NCBI GenBank assembly: GCA_041665345.1
Contig: JBAYJA010000004.1
Location: 48,122-112,121 of the forward strand
From: Patescibacteria group bacterium
GTDB taxonomy: Bacteria; Patescibacteriota; Patescibacteriia; PEXW01
DNA: 64,000 nucleotides
Direction of reading: 5' to 3'
Made by a program: the position numbers and the translations under genes. The notes beneath the pieces were generated by a model. That model was not told the origin of the DNA and ran no database searches. It was given only the letters and a program-made list of their open reading frames with translations. Positions 28,086-37,845 of the stretch are shown here, one piece after another; position 1 is the stretch's first letter; each line of letters opens with the position of its first letter.

Positions 28086-28763
28086 ATGCAATTTTCACGA
28101 TGGAGAAAAGCGCGCCTACACCAAGAGCCGACCTCAGCAGTATCTGCACTACCACTGCCAAAACTGCTGCAGCTATATAAGTCGGAGCACGACTACCTAC
28201 AGAGCCTTGGCAAGCACCGGGATGAATTTCTCACGGATGCGGACTACAAACGCATTGGGTTCATAGAAGCTCAGCTCCAGGAGCTTCTGCCGGATCCGCT
28301 GCAGTACCTGGTTACTCAGGAATGTGTTCTCCACGGCATGCATCCAGATAACTTCGTGGATCCGAACCACTGGCGCACTGCGCTCCAGGAAACCGTGCGG
28401 GCAATTGTCCACTTTCTGCACTACGGTGAGCCATACCCAGTAGTGTCAGAGCCGCCGCGGCTCTACTTCCCAGGCGATGTCTTTCTGCTGTGGTTGCTCC
28501 AGGAAGCAAAAGCTGGCACTGCTGGAGATGCGAAAGCCAACATGGCAGCTGCCTTGGAGCAAGTTGTCACATCTGGATCCATTCTTGGCAGGCCGTTCAC
28601 GCCAAAAACGGCAAATGACTTTGGTGGGCGTATCATTCTCCTCTTCTATGGTGACTACACTGAAGGACTTAGCATGCTCATTGCTATCTACAGTGCAAGC
28701 GAAGCTGGCGAGCAGCTCATCCGAGAAATAGTAGGCTGCTACAAACTCGCTCCGATCCCCTAA
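28086..28763 (+). CDS. Hypothetical protein
   Basis: TTGACA at 28020 and purine-rich RBS before ATG 28086. Terminator-like hairpin at 28749-28779. Confidence 0.7.
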   Translation: MQFSRWRKARLHQEPTSAVSALPLPKLLQLYKSEHDYLQSLGKHRDEFLTDADYKRIGFIEAQLQELLPDPLQYLVTQECVLHGMHPDNFVDPNHWRTALQETVRAIVHFLHYGEPYPVVSEPPRLYFPGDVFLLWLLQEAKAGTAGDAKANMAAALEQVVTSGSILGRPFTPKTANDFGGRIILLFYGDYTEGLSMLIAIYSASEAGEQLIREIVGCYKLAPIP

Positions 28764-29559
28764 AGGTCGGAGTTTTTTTACCTCCCAATTTGTCCTCCTT
28801 TCTCATTACCTGGATGCGTTGTAGTGTGGTGAGCTGCCCAGCGTAGAGGTTTGCGTTCTTGGGTATCCAGAGGGTTCCTTTCTCATTTTGCACAACCCCA
28901 CCTGCCTCTCGTACAATGCACACCCCAGCGGCCACGTCCCACAGGTTAATTGGTCCGGCAATGACCACGGCATCTAAACGACTGGCTGCGGTGTACGCCA
29001 AATCTAGTGCCGTGGAACCCGCGTGGCGAACAGAGCGTGCATGCCAGCTTAGACGCTCCGCCATGAGCAATGATGCATGGAGGGACGGCAAGCTGTGGCT
29101 GTACCCGTAGCCGATGATCGCTTCGCGAAGCGGTCGAGCAGGAACCATGTGCAATGGTCTGCCATTTCGTTCCGCACCCTGATTTCTGGCAGCAACAAAC
29201 TGTTCGCCTGTTGGCGGGCAAGCGACAATCCCAAACAGTACATCGTCCCCATCCATGAGCGCAATGGACACACCAAAGAATGGAACATGGAGCACAAAGT
29301 TCGTGGTGCCATCCAGTGGATCCACAACCCAACGAAGCTTCCCAGGCTTGTTCCCACCCTCTTCGGAGAGAAAACCTATTGCTGGGAAAGCTTTCCGAAG
29401 TGTGCGTTGGATGAGGAGATTCGATGCTTTATCCGCTGCAGTTACCAGCTCATGGGCAGACTTTGCGGTCGCGTCAACTCGATGCAATTTACGGAACCGC
29501 TGGAGCAGGAGTTTCCCGGCTGCAGCTGCAGTTTTTTGAGCTAAGGCAATTGGTTGCAT
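28717..29559 (-). CDS. suhB: Inositol monophosphatase family protein
   Basis: LVTAAD, SEE, WVVDPLDGTTNF, GSTALDLAY, WDVAAG. Confidence 0.9.
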   Translation of the reverse strand: MQPIALAQKTAAAAGKLLLQRFRKLHRVDATAKSAHELVTAADKASNLLIQRTLRKAFPAIGFLSEEGGNKPGKLRWVVDPLDGTTNFVLHVPFFGVSIALMDGDDVLFGIVACPPTGEQFVAARNQGAERNGRPLHMVPARPLREAIIGYGYSHSLPSLHASLLMAERLSWHARSVRHAGSTALDLAYTAASRLDAVVIAGPINLWDVAAGVCIVREAGGVVQNEKGTLWIPKNANLYAGQLTTLQRIQVMRKEDKLGGKKTPTFRGSERVCSSLLFLG

Positions 29560-29723
29560 AAGTAGAAGATTGGATAACGGAATTAGGCGAACGGTTTCGC
29601 TACCCGCCCGCCTGGCGACGAGGCAGGTATTGTGAGACTGTTTTGGATGACGCGGTACGGATCGTATCCCGTTCCACGATTTGCGTAAACCGATACGGGT
29701 GGCGACCCCGTATTCCGATTTCC

Positions 29724-30488
29724 CTACCTCTCCCCTTTCAACCAGTAGTACACATTCGCCGCGTACTCACGGAGGACAACTTTTGTCCCTTGCAACCGGC
29801 GGGATACCGTGTGCTGCTCTACTGCTTCACGATCAGCTGCTCGGCAAATGACGTCTGCCCCTGCCCGGCGGAAGAAGGTGCAGGCTCGGCTCGTATGGAA
29901 GTCTGAAGTGAGGACAATGAGCTTCCCCCACCCTTGCGTTTTTGCCATCGCAACCACGTTCGCCGCATTCTCCAAGGTGTTCTGCGCCAGGTCATCTTGG
30001 AAAATTTGATTCTCCACCACACCCAAGCGGGTTAGGAGTTCAGCCATGGCTGGCGCTTCGGCAAATGGATTGTCACCTACCTTCCCGCCAGTCACTACTA
30101 CAACGGGAGCAATACCCTGGGCGTAAAGTGCTGCGCCGCTTCGCACCCGCTCTTCGGTTTTGAAACCCAGTTGCCCCGTCTTGGCAGAAATGCCTCCACC
30201 CAAAATAACCAGGGCGTCAGCAGCGGCTACAGGCTGCTGCTCGATCAAAGGTCTGCTAATGAACGCGTTAAAATCTGTAAACCCAACCAGAATAAAAAGA
30301 CCCACAAGTAGGATGACAGTTTTAAATAATTTCCCACGGGCATTCCAAAATCTTCGCACGCTAAATTTTTGTGCGTGGCCGGTGGAACGTGGATTTTGCT
30401 GGCCAACAGTTTCCGAGGCAGTGCGTCTTTTTACCTCAGCTTCGTCACCAAGGTTACTGAGCAGGGTTCGGCGACCATCATTGCTCAT
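29724..30488 (-). CDS. YdcF/DUF218 family membrane protein
   Basis: TM helix, DALVILGGG, VTGG, EA.AM, NTLENA, TSDFH..RA, REY. Confidence 0.9.
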   Translation of the reverse strand: MSNDGRRTLLSNLGDEAEVKRRTASETVGQQNPRSTGHAQKFSVRRFWNARGKLFKTVILLVGLFILVGFTDFNAFISRPLIEQQPVAAADALVILGGGISAKTGQLGFKTEERVRSGAALYAQGIAPVVVVTGGKVGDNPFAEAPAMAELLTRLGVVENQIFQDDLAQNTLENAANVVAMAKTQGWGKLIVLTSDFHTSRACTFFRRAGADVICRAADREAVEQHTVSRRLQGTKVVLREYAANVYYWLKGER

Positions 30489-31327
30489 ACGTTTCGGAGT
30501 TTCTTCAGGGTAGTCAGGTCAACAATGTGCTGGCCATCATGGTGCGTCTCCAAGAGCATGTCCACATTTTTAAGCTTTGGATGCTGGACTAATGCACGGA
30601 AACCCGCCAGGCCAATCTTCCCCTTCCCAATGTGCTCATGCCGGTCTTTATGTTCACCCAAGCCCGCCATGCTGTCATTCGCGTGGAAGAGTTTGAGGAA
30701 CTGCAGGCCAATGTGCTTATCAAATTGCTTCAGGAAGCTATCAACATCTTGTTTGGTTCGCAAGTCGTAGCCACTAGCAAAGGCATGGCAAGTGTCAATG
30801 CAAATGCCAATATGCTTTCGTTGCCCGGCTGGAATTTTTTTGATCAGGAACGCCAGGTCTTCCAGGGTGTCACCAATGACTTTTCCCGCCCCTGCAGAAT
30901 TTTCCAGGAGAAAAGTTGCGGTACCTGTGTACCCCTTCAGCACGGCAACCAGCCCAGTTGCAACCATGGGCAGAGCTTTTTTCTCAGGTACGTCTTTGGC
31001 TGAACCCAAGTGGGTCATGATTGCCGTGACGCCCAGGAGTGAGGCGCGATCCAGCTCCCCGCGGACAATCTCGATTGACCCTTTTTGCAGACGTGGATTG
31101 GCTGAGGCAAAGTTAATGAAGTACGGTGTATGAATGTACGTTCGGGGAATGTCATACTCTTGGTTACTCGCTTTGAACGCGGTAACAATCTCGGGAGTGA
31201 GCTTTGGCGCTGCCCCGCCTTGGGGGGAACGCGAGAAGAATTGGAAAACTTCACACTTCAGGTCGTGAGCATTTTTGGGCGCGTTCTGGGCACCACCGGC
31301 GGCGGAGACGTGGAGGCCGAAGAGCAT
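30485..31327 (-). CDS. nfo: Endonuclease IV
   Basis: GLHVS, HTPYFINFAS, HLGS, LLENSAG, CIDTCHAFASGYD, HANDS, DRHEHIGKG, LET. Confidence 0.95.
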   Translation of the reverse strand: MLFGLHVSAAGGAQNAPKNAHDLKCEVFQFFSRSPQGGAAPKLTPEIVTAFKASNQEYDIPRTYIHTPYFINFASANPRLQKGSIEIVRGELDRASLLGVTAIMTHLGSAKDVPEKKALPMVATGLVAVLKGYTGTATFLLENSAGAGKVIGDTLEDLAFLIKKIPAGQRKHIGICIDTCHAFASGYDLRTKQDVDSFLKQFDKHIGLQFLKLFHANDSMAGLGEHKDRHEHIGKGKIGLAGFRALVQHPKLKNVDMLLETHHDGQHIVDLTTLKKLRNV

Positions 31328-31343
31328 ATGGGGATAGTATAGC

Positions 31344-32096
31344 TTAGCCTGGCGGCAATGGGAGAGTTTTCCAGATTGTCTCAAACATCAAACGCTGCAT
31401 GTCAGCAATACGCTTATCCTGGATTTCCACGGCAAGGAAACTGTTTTGGTAGTCAATAATAATGATCTTGTCGTGAAAAATGTACACGCCAGAGCCAAAG
31501 TCATTTGAAGCATTGCTACTTGGAAGAATCCTGGTTTCGGCAAAAAATCTCTTAGAGTCAGCTAAGGCTTGTCTTGCCAGCGGACTATCATTCAAAATTG
31601 TACGCGTTTTTATCTTCGCTGCCGCACGCCGTTTCTTGAAGTCAGAGATCCAATGTACATCCATATTCATCCAGCTGTCTTCCGGCGCAAAAATCAGATA
31701 CTCCTTTAAGCCCTTGGTACGCACGATATCGTTGTACATTTCCTTAATAGCGCTTAAACCTTCATAGTACTTTATCTTTGGTCGACCTTTAGCTGAACGG
31801 TAAAGCGCTTTGAGTTCTGGAAATGAGGCTTTGAGTAAACGGGTGGATTCTTCGCTCACATTCAAAATTTTCTGCGGATCTTCCGCTGAATAGGTCATGA
31901 CTTTGCTGTCTTTGAGTGCAAAGATAAGGTTTTTTGCGATGAGTGCTTCGAGAATGCTGTAGCAGGTAGAGCGCATGAGCCCACTTTTCCTGGATATCTC
32001 CTGAACTGTGGCTTTCCCAAGCTCCAAAGTAGCCAAATAGACTTTTGCTTCTTTGCCGGAAAGCCCAAATTTTTCTAGTGATTCGTTGAGTAGCAT
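31344..32096 (-). CDS. TrmB-family transcriptional regulator
   Basis: FGLSGKEAKVYLATLELG...RSTCYSIL, PKIKYYEGL, FETIW. Confidence 0.9.
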   Translation of the reverse strand: MLLNESLEKFGLSGKEAKVYLATLELGKATVQEISRKSGLMRSTCYSILEALIAKNLIFALKDSKVMTYSAEDPQKILNVSEESTRLLKASFPELKALYRSAKGRPKIKYYEGLSAIKEMYNDIVRTKGLKEYLIFAPEDSWMNMDVHWISDFKKRRAAAKIKTRTILNDSPLARQALADSKRFFAETRILPSSNASNDFGSGVYIFHDKIIIIDYQNSFLAVEIQDKRIADMQRLMFETIWKTLPLPPG

Positions 32097-32276
32097 ATGT
32101 TTAATATGTATACTTGCCGACGATTTCGTCAACAACTATGCTTATTTTTTAGCGAATATTAGCGATTTTTATGGTTGCACTATGTATATATTCTATACTA
32201 TTGACACTTTTTTGTAAAGCCATATACTACGCTATTAAAGAAAATTGATCATTAAAAATTTGAAAAGGAGTTTGAA

Positions 32277-32813
32277 ATGAAGGTACTTGTTATTGATGAC
32301 CAAAAGCGGAACATCGCTTCAGCCCAGAAGCTGGAAGAGCACGGCCATGACGTAGTGGCAGTTAGCACAGTCCAAGAAGCTGAAGAGTTGCTTACGAAGT
32401 GTCTCGGCAATTTCGATGCGGTGTTAACCGACCTGCATATGCCCGTAGGCCAGTTTACCGGCGCGATGGCACGGTCGATCCCGGCTCCGAAGGAAGAGAT
32501 ACCAGTTGGTCTGGTATTTGCCATTACCGCGGCTAACTTCGGAATCCGAACGGTAATCTGCACAGATTCTAACCATCACCGTGACTGGATATGTACCTTA
32601 CTAGACATGGTGCATTACACGGGAGACTCCGCAGTTCGGAAAGTGGCATTCGTGGAAGCTCGTTGCTGCCCGCTAGAGGCATATTACGACGAGGAAACAC
32701 AGAATCTCGTTGGATGTGACCTCGAGCAGCTGAATGACAAACCAGTAGTGAAAGACTGGTTTAGAGCAATGCGGCGTTCCGGCCTATTTCCAGAGCTCAT
32801 CGGCGCCAAGTAG
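32277..32813 (+). CDS. Orphan response-regulator receiver-like protein
   Basis: MKVLVIDD...FDAVLTDLHMP. AAGGAG RBS and TTGACA/TATACT promoter upstream. Confidence 0.75.
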   Translation: MKVLVIDDQKRNIASAQKLEEHGHDVVAVSTVQEAEELLTKCLGNFDAVLTDLHMPVGQFTGAMARSIPAPKEEIPVGLVFAITAANFGIRTVICTDSNHHRDWICTLLDMVHYTGDSAVRKVAFVEARCCPLEAYYDEETQNLVGCDLEQLNDKPVVKDWFRAMRRSGLFPELIGAK

Positions 32814-32969
32814 ATGGCGTGGCAACAGCAGTTCCTCATGGTGCAAGCCGGTAGGAACATCTACAACGAACTTTGAAGAAGCACCTTGGAAACTTGGTGC
32901 TTTTTTCGTAAGCCTGACCTTGACAAACAGTGATTATTTGTTACACTCATATGCAACCTGGAGGTATTC

Positions 32970-33101
32970 ATGAAAACCAAAAAGCCAACCACCCGCATTC
33001 CCCTACCCGCTAAAAAGGGTAAACCGCAAACCACCAAGAAAGGCAAGCGCGGGTATGACCGGAAGCGGGAACGAAGCAATGCGTTCCTTGATGAGGCGTG
33101 A
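32970..33101 (+). CDS. Unannotated 43-aa basic peptide, ArfA-like
   Basis: Promoter TTGACA(32920)-16-TACACT with TG extension, RBS GGAGGT. Reads MKTKKPTTRIPLPAKKGKPQTTKKGKRGYDRKRERSNAFLDEA*. Terminator at 33093-33122. Confidence 0.7.
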   Translation: MKTKKPTTRIPLPAKKGKPQTTKKGKRGYDRKRERSNAFLDEA

Positions 33102-33196
33102 CCAACTATCACGCCTCTTTTTGCATTGACAATCCTGGTGGATTGCCGGTAGGGTGGAGGCAGGAAAACACACTTGCACTTTGAGAAAGGAGCAAT

Positions 33197-34279
33197 ATGC
33201 CCAAAGAAACGGAACGGCGGTTTATTCTGCCTGGAGTCACACCTTCTGCTGTGCTCACTAATCCACGGGAGCTTACGCAGGGATACCTCAATACGCCACC
33301 GCATTCGATTTTCCGGGTACGCGAAACAGCTGGCAACCAATTTGAGATGACCACGAAACTTGGCCATGGTGTTGCACGAGAGGAAGAAAATTGTGAGCTC
33401 AATGAGCAACAATTTCACTTCATTTACCAAGCCTGCCCTTACCCCCTAGCCAAGCGGCGTGCGGATTGTGGAGTCTGGACAGTGGATACGTACCATGGGC
33501 CTCTCCAAGGGCTCGTGTGTATTGAGGATGAGGCGGCTCCTGGCGCACCATTTCCGGCATGGGTTGACCCAGCGCTGGCAATTGAGGTGACCAATACCGT
33601 GACCAATTACGACTTAGCCCGCCTGGCACGGGAGTTAACGCACAATCCTCTGCACGGCGGCATGACCGTCTACACATTCCTGAAGGCTTCGGTGGAGATG
33701 CCGATGGATGTGGTTACCGGACCACCCTGTTCTGGTAAGAGTAAGGCTTTGGTCGAGTTAAATGAAAAATTCGGCGAGCAGATTCATTTTGTTCCTGAAG
33801 CCGCATCCATTATTATCGGTACGGTTGGCGTCCCATTCCCGGCTGGTGATGCCTTCGCCATTGCCCGCTTCCAACAGTCTTTGGCGACAATTCAACGCAG
33901 CTTCGAATTTTTAGCAAAAACCGAAGCCATTCGTTCTGGGAAACTGGGCGTGGTACTGGATCGAGGTGACGTTGACTGCGCCGCCTACTTGCCCAACGGG
34001 CTGGACGATTTTGAAGTGCTCACCCAAACCGATCGCACCTATGCCTACTCCCGGTATAGTAGCGTCTTCTGCTTGGAGATTCCCTCTCGTGCTATTTACG
34101 AGCAGCACAAAGCTGATAATCTCGTTCGCAGAGAGTCGTACGAAGAGGCCTGCGCCTTAGGTGAAGCCATGCAGCGGGTATGGTGTGGGCACCCAAACTA
34201 CACGTTCATTCGAAATGCCGACTCCTGGGAGGCGAAATTTGAAACTATTCGCAATGCCTTCCTCCGTAAGATTGCCTAA
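33197..34279 (+). CDS. CYTH-domain / AAA_28-like P-loop NTPase fusion
   Basis: N-terminal ETERRF, QGYL, RVR, REE.N (CYTH). C-terminal TGPPCSGKS, VPEAA, LDRG. Confidence 0.8.
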   Translation: MPKETERRFILPGVTPSAVLTNPRELTQGYLNTPPHSIFRVRETAGNQFEMTTKLGHGVAREEENCELNEQQFHFIYQACPYPLAKRRADCGVWTVDTYHGPLQGLVCIEDEAAPGAPFPAWVDPALAIEVTNTVTNYDLARLARELTHNPLHGGMTVYTFLKASVEMPMDVVTGPPCSGKSKALVELNEKFGEQIHFVPEAASIIIGTVGVPFPAGDAFAIARFQQSLATIQRSFEFLAKTEAIRSGKLGVVLDRGDVDCAAYLPNGLDDFEVLTQTDRTYAYSRYSSVFCLEIPSRAIYEQHKADNLVRRESYEEACALGEAMQRVWCGHPNYTFIRNADSWEAKFETIRNAFLRKIA

Positions 34280-34285
34280 CAAACC

Positions 34286-34316
34286 ACAGGCGCTCACACA
34301 TGAGCGCCTGTTTTTT
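34286..34316 (+). terminator. Intrinsic terminator
   Basis: ACAGGCGCTCA-CACA-TGAGCGCCTGT-TTTTT. Confidence 0.75.
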
Positions 34317-35610
34317 ACTTGCTCGTTTTTCCTTCGGCCTTCTCCGTCAACCACTTAATAACATTGCGGTTGGTGAGAACCATTCGGAGGTAATCTCGAT
34401 ACGCTTCGGTTTCCAATTCCTTCAGCAATTCTTGCTGGTTGCTCAGCCGGAGCTTCTCTTTGCTAATCTCCCCTTCCACTTCAGCCGGCGTGGCCAGCAA
34501 ATTGTTTGCATCAGCAATGGTGCGGAGGAGCAGGGCAACCTTCACTCGCTGCTCAGCTTTCTTCGTGAACTCGTGCATCAGCTCCTCACGGGTTTTCTTG
34601 ATGGACTTCAGGTAGTCTTCAAACTTTCCACCATCTTGCTCAATTGCGTGCTGAAGCTCGTGCACCATTTTGTCCTCTTCCGAGTGGACGAGGATGTGCG
34701 GCACCTCACCCACCGTGCTCTTCTGCAACGCAGCTTCCACAATGGCTTGCTCAAAGCGCTGCTGCTCGCGATTCTCTGCTTCTTCTTTAAGGTTTTCCAT
34801 GATCTTTGCGCGGAGCTGTTCCATGTTTTCAAACTGGCCCATGCGCTTGGCAAAAGCATCGTCCAGTGCGGGCAGCTGCACGTCGTACACTGCAGAAACT
34901 TTTACTTTGAAATCAGCAAGTTTCCCCTGCAAGTCTTTTTTGCCATAGTCCTTGGGGAAAGTGAGCTGGAAAGTCTTTTCCTCGTCAACCTTCATGCCCA
35001 CCAGGTTGTCTTCAAACCCAGGAATGAAAACCTTGTCACCCAACGTCAGCGGGGTGTTCTTGGCTTGGCCACCATCCAGCGGTACTTTATCAATGGAGAC
35101 ATTGAAATCCACATCCACCCGGTCGCCCATCTTCGCTGGTCGGTCTGCGCGGACTTCCGAAGCCTGCAACCGTTGCAATCGCTTGAGGGTGTCATCAGCA
35201 TGGTCAGCCTTCAGCTCCACGGGCTTGCGCTCAGCTTTGAGATTGGAAAAGTCGCCGAGTTTCACTTCCGGGAGAACAGCGACATTGGCTGTGAAAATGA
35301 AAGGATTACCCTCAGCTAACTTTTCGACGTGGATATCCGGACTGCCAATGGACTTCACATTTTTTTCCGTCACCACCTTGGGGTACACGGAACGCACGGC
35401 CAAATCCGCAGCTTGTTCCATAATAGCTGCATTCCCCACCTTCTTCTCCACAATCTCCCGGGGCGCTTTGCCCGGCCGAAAACCAGCCAGCTTCACCTCG
35501 CTACTCAAGGCCTGGACGGCCTGGGCAATGTACGGGGCAAATTCCTCTGGTGTTAATTCAACTTTGAGGCTAACAATGCTCTGTGGCTGGGGGGTAACAG
35601 TGGTCTGCAT
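34315..35610 (-). CDS. tig: Trigger factor
   Basis: GFRPGKAP ribosome-binding motif and FKBP domain (GDRVDVDF..FIPGFEDNLVG..FPKDY). Confidence 0.97.
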   Translation of the reverse strand: MQTTVTPQPQSIVSLKVELTPEEFAPYIAQAVQALSSEVKLAGFRPGKAPREIVEKKVGNAAIMEQAADLAVRSVYPKVVTEKNVKSIGSPDIHVEKLAEGNPFIFTANVAVLPEVKLGDFSNLKAERKPVELKADHADDTLKRLQRLQASEVRADRPAKMGDRVDVDFNVSIDKVPLDGGQAKNTPLTLGDKVFIPGFEDNLVGMKVDEEKTFQLTFPKDYGKKDLQGKLADFKVKVSAVYDVQLPALDDAFAKRMGQFENMEQLRAKIMENLKEEAENREQQRFEQAIVEAALQKSTVGEVPHILVHSEEDKMVHELQHAIEQDGGKFEDYLKSIKKTREELMHEFTKKAEQRVKVALLLRTIADANNLLATPAEVEGEISKEKLRLSNQQELLKELETEAYRDYLRMVLTNRNVIKWLTEKAEGKTSK

Positions 35611-35717
35611 ACAGGCAAAAAAGACGGGGCGAGAGTTTCACGCTACCGTATTTCCATGGCCTGGTCAACCCAATGAAAAGAGCTCCCACATTTAATGAGA
35701 GCTCGTTTAGTATTTCC

Positions 35718-36485
35718 TTAATCAAGGAGCTGCAAAGCTTGCTGAAGGTAGGAACCAGCCATTTCCCAGACAATCGGATCTTGCGCACTACCACTTGACC
35801 GAAGCTGACCTTGTGCGTCAATGCTCAAGTTTGGAATTTCTTCAGCGAGCGGTTTGACCAAGTGAAGTGTACTCGGCCCCAGTCCACCAGCCGCGCCAAT
35901 ACCTAGTGTTGGAAAAGCTTGTTTGATTGCCCTTGCAAACAGAAGGAGTCCGGCAGCATCCATCCCCTTGCCTTGGCCCATGCTTTTATCAAGGAGGACT
36001 CGGTGAATAACCCCCTCATAATCTTCGAGTTTTCTCACAACAAGCTGAGGATCATTTTCTGCTTCATCCAACGCATACTTTCCAAGCTGCAGAATTACTT
36101 CCACATTCTTGCGTGACGTATGCACTGCGTTTGCAATCTGCCCAGGTTCAGGCCAAATCATATCCAACTGCAGAGCATGAATATGAATTCCGCCGTGGGA
36201 AATTGCTTGAGAAATACTTTTCCAAGCTTCTGGGTACCCATCGTAATCTGCGTAGTGTATGCAGTTATAGGTTTCCAAAGAGCTGAATATTTTTCGGATT
36301 TGATTCTTATCCGGAAAAATTCCACTCCACTTGCTTGGAATTCCGTTGAGGGTTTTGTAGCTCATCATTACCCCCACGTGCAATTTTCGCTGCGAACCTG
36401 GCCGCAAATGCGTGTTGAATACTTCCAGCATTGCTTCCACCTGTGTAAATTTCGTGAAATCAGTAATGCCAATGTACGGGTCCAT
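35718..36485 (-). CDS. TIM-barrel protein, PRAI/TrpF-like
   Basis: ALQLD, VILQ, VLLDKSMGQG, GAAGGLGP, SIDAQGQLR pattern. Confidence 0.6.
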   Translation of the reverse strand: MDPYIGITDFTKFTQVEAMLEVFNTHLRPGSQRKLHVGVMMSYKTLNGIPSKWSGIFPDKNQIRKIFSSLETYNCIHYADYDGYPEAWKSISQAISHGGIHIHALQLDMIWPEPGQIANAVHTSRKNVEVILQLGKYALDEAENDPQLVVRKLEDYEGVIHRVLLDKSMGQGKGMDAAGLLLFARAIKQAFPTLGIGAAGGLGPSTLHLVKPLAEEIPNLSIDAQGQLRSSGSAQDPIVWEMAGSYLQQALQLLD

Positions 36486-36686
36486 ATTATTCTCCTTTGG
36501 AAAAGATCTTTTTGTCTAGGACTACTTTGGCATACGGCTGTGAAAAATGCAATAAAGCAAATTGCATTGTATATAAATCGTTATTTCTTGAACTTTCCAA
36601 GCACTCTTGCCTCTTTTGATTGCTTCCTTTAAGGTGGAGGGAATATAAAGAATCTTTGACAAATAACCCAATAAATGGAGGTTCAT

Positions 36687-37037
36687 ATGAAGCGATGCTT
36701 GCATGGCATCGGCTACCTGCTTTCTTTAAGCGTTTCAATGCTTGCGTGGTTTTTTACCTTCGTCGGTTGTGTGGTGTGCATGCCTTCCGGCTATGGACTT
36801 GAGCTGAAAATTATTCCCCTCGGTGTGGTGATGATCACCTCGTTTTTTTTCTTTGTCTACCAGGTCTCCATCGCATACGATTGTTTTAAGAACGTACTGC
36901 GAGGAACAGAACGCTGGAACAAAAATGCCGTCGACTGGAATCCCCTGAGTCTGTACTTGTACAAGCTGCCAAGAGCAATCTGGGAATACGGTAAAAAGTG
37001 CATTGCCAATGAAACGGCATTCCTCACGAAGGTGTAG
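36687..37037 (+). CDS. Hypothetical membrane protein
   Basis: GGAGG RBS and two hydrophobic helices. Confidence 0.65.
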   Translation: MKRCLHGIGYLLSLSVSMLAWFFTFVGCVVCMPSGYGLELKIIPLGVVMITSFFFFVYQVSIAYDCFKNVLRGTERWNKNAVDWNPLSLYLYKLPRAIWEYGKKCIANETAFLTKV

Positions 37038-37110
37038 TCAAGTGTTTTTCTTCAGGTTGGAACAAGGTCTTCCCTAAAGTATAAAACGTAAATTTTTCTC
37101 GGAGGTTTCC

Positions 37111-37845
37111 ATGAAGCGAAGTTTTCACATTGGTATTGCCTGCGCCTGTGGTGCTGGCATTGGCACGTTGATTGCTCTCTCAATTGGCGGGCTCTGGTGG
37201 TGGGTTGGCGCACTGATTGGTGCGCTGTGCGGGTACATTATCATTGATTTCCGGGGGATACCGAAGAAAATCAAAACTGCATGGCTGAGTACGTTTACCT
37301 GGTGGGGAGACAAAGCTAACATTCGAGTGTTTGCTCATTTCAGCGCCTGTCTTTCTATCATGTTGCTTTGGCTCGGTATTCTGGCTCTATCATTTACTAT
37401 CGCAGCATCGAACCCAGGTACATTTCTCTCCGGACTTATGGGAGTTGGTTTTATAGTTTCTATAGGAATGGTGCTAATAACCTTAGCAATAATGGATGGA
37501 TCCGCTCCGAATGTAAAGAATGGAACCGACTCGTGGTACGAAGCAGCGCTTGCTATAAACCCTCTCGCGGTATTCTTGTATTGGATACCTAAAGGTGCCT
37601 TCATATTCTTTGCCCAGCTCCTACCCAGTTTTGCCAAAAAATTCAGCGCATTCCTCAAGGTAGCCTTCCGCCTTATCCACTCCGACGTCCGCGTGCTCTG
37701 CGCCGTGGATGCAGCCCTTGGCACCTGCCTCGGCTACTTCCTTGGCCATGTGTTCTACGGTGTTGGCTTTGGATTCGTATTTGGCCTCTTGTCTTACGAG
37801 ATTGTTTCCAAACGCATCCAAAAGCGCATTCCTGTTCGTTCGTAA
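37111..37845 (+). CDS. Hypothetical multi-pass membrane protein
   Basis: GGAGG RBS, ~6 hydrophobic segments, terminator at 37861-37894. Confidence 0.75.
   Translation: MKRSFHIGIACACGAGIGTLIALSIGGLWWWVGALIGALCGYIIIDFRGIPKKIKTAWLSTFTWWGDKANIRVFAHFSACLSIMLLWLGILALSFTIAASNPGTFLSGLMGVGFIVSIGMVLITLAIMDGSAPNVKNGTDSWYEAALAINPLAVFLYWIPKGAFIFFAQLLPSFAKKFSAFLKVAFRLIHSDVRVLCAVDAALGTCLGYFLGHVFYGVGFGFVFGLLSYEIVSKRIQKRIPVRS

Noticed and set aside
27748-28763. Integrative element at tRNA-Gly
   Set aside because: No duplicated tRNA 3' end and no integrase seen in the window.
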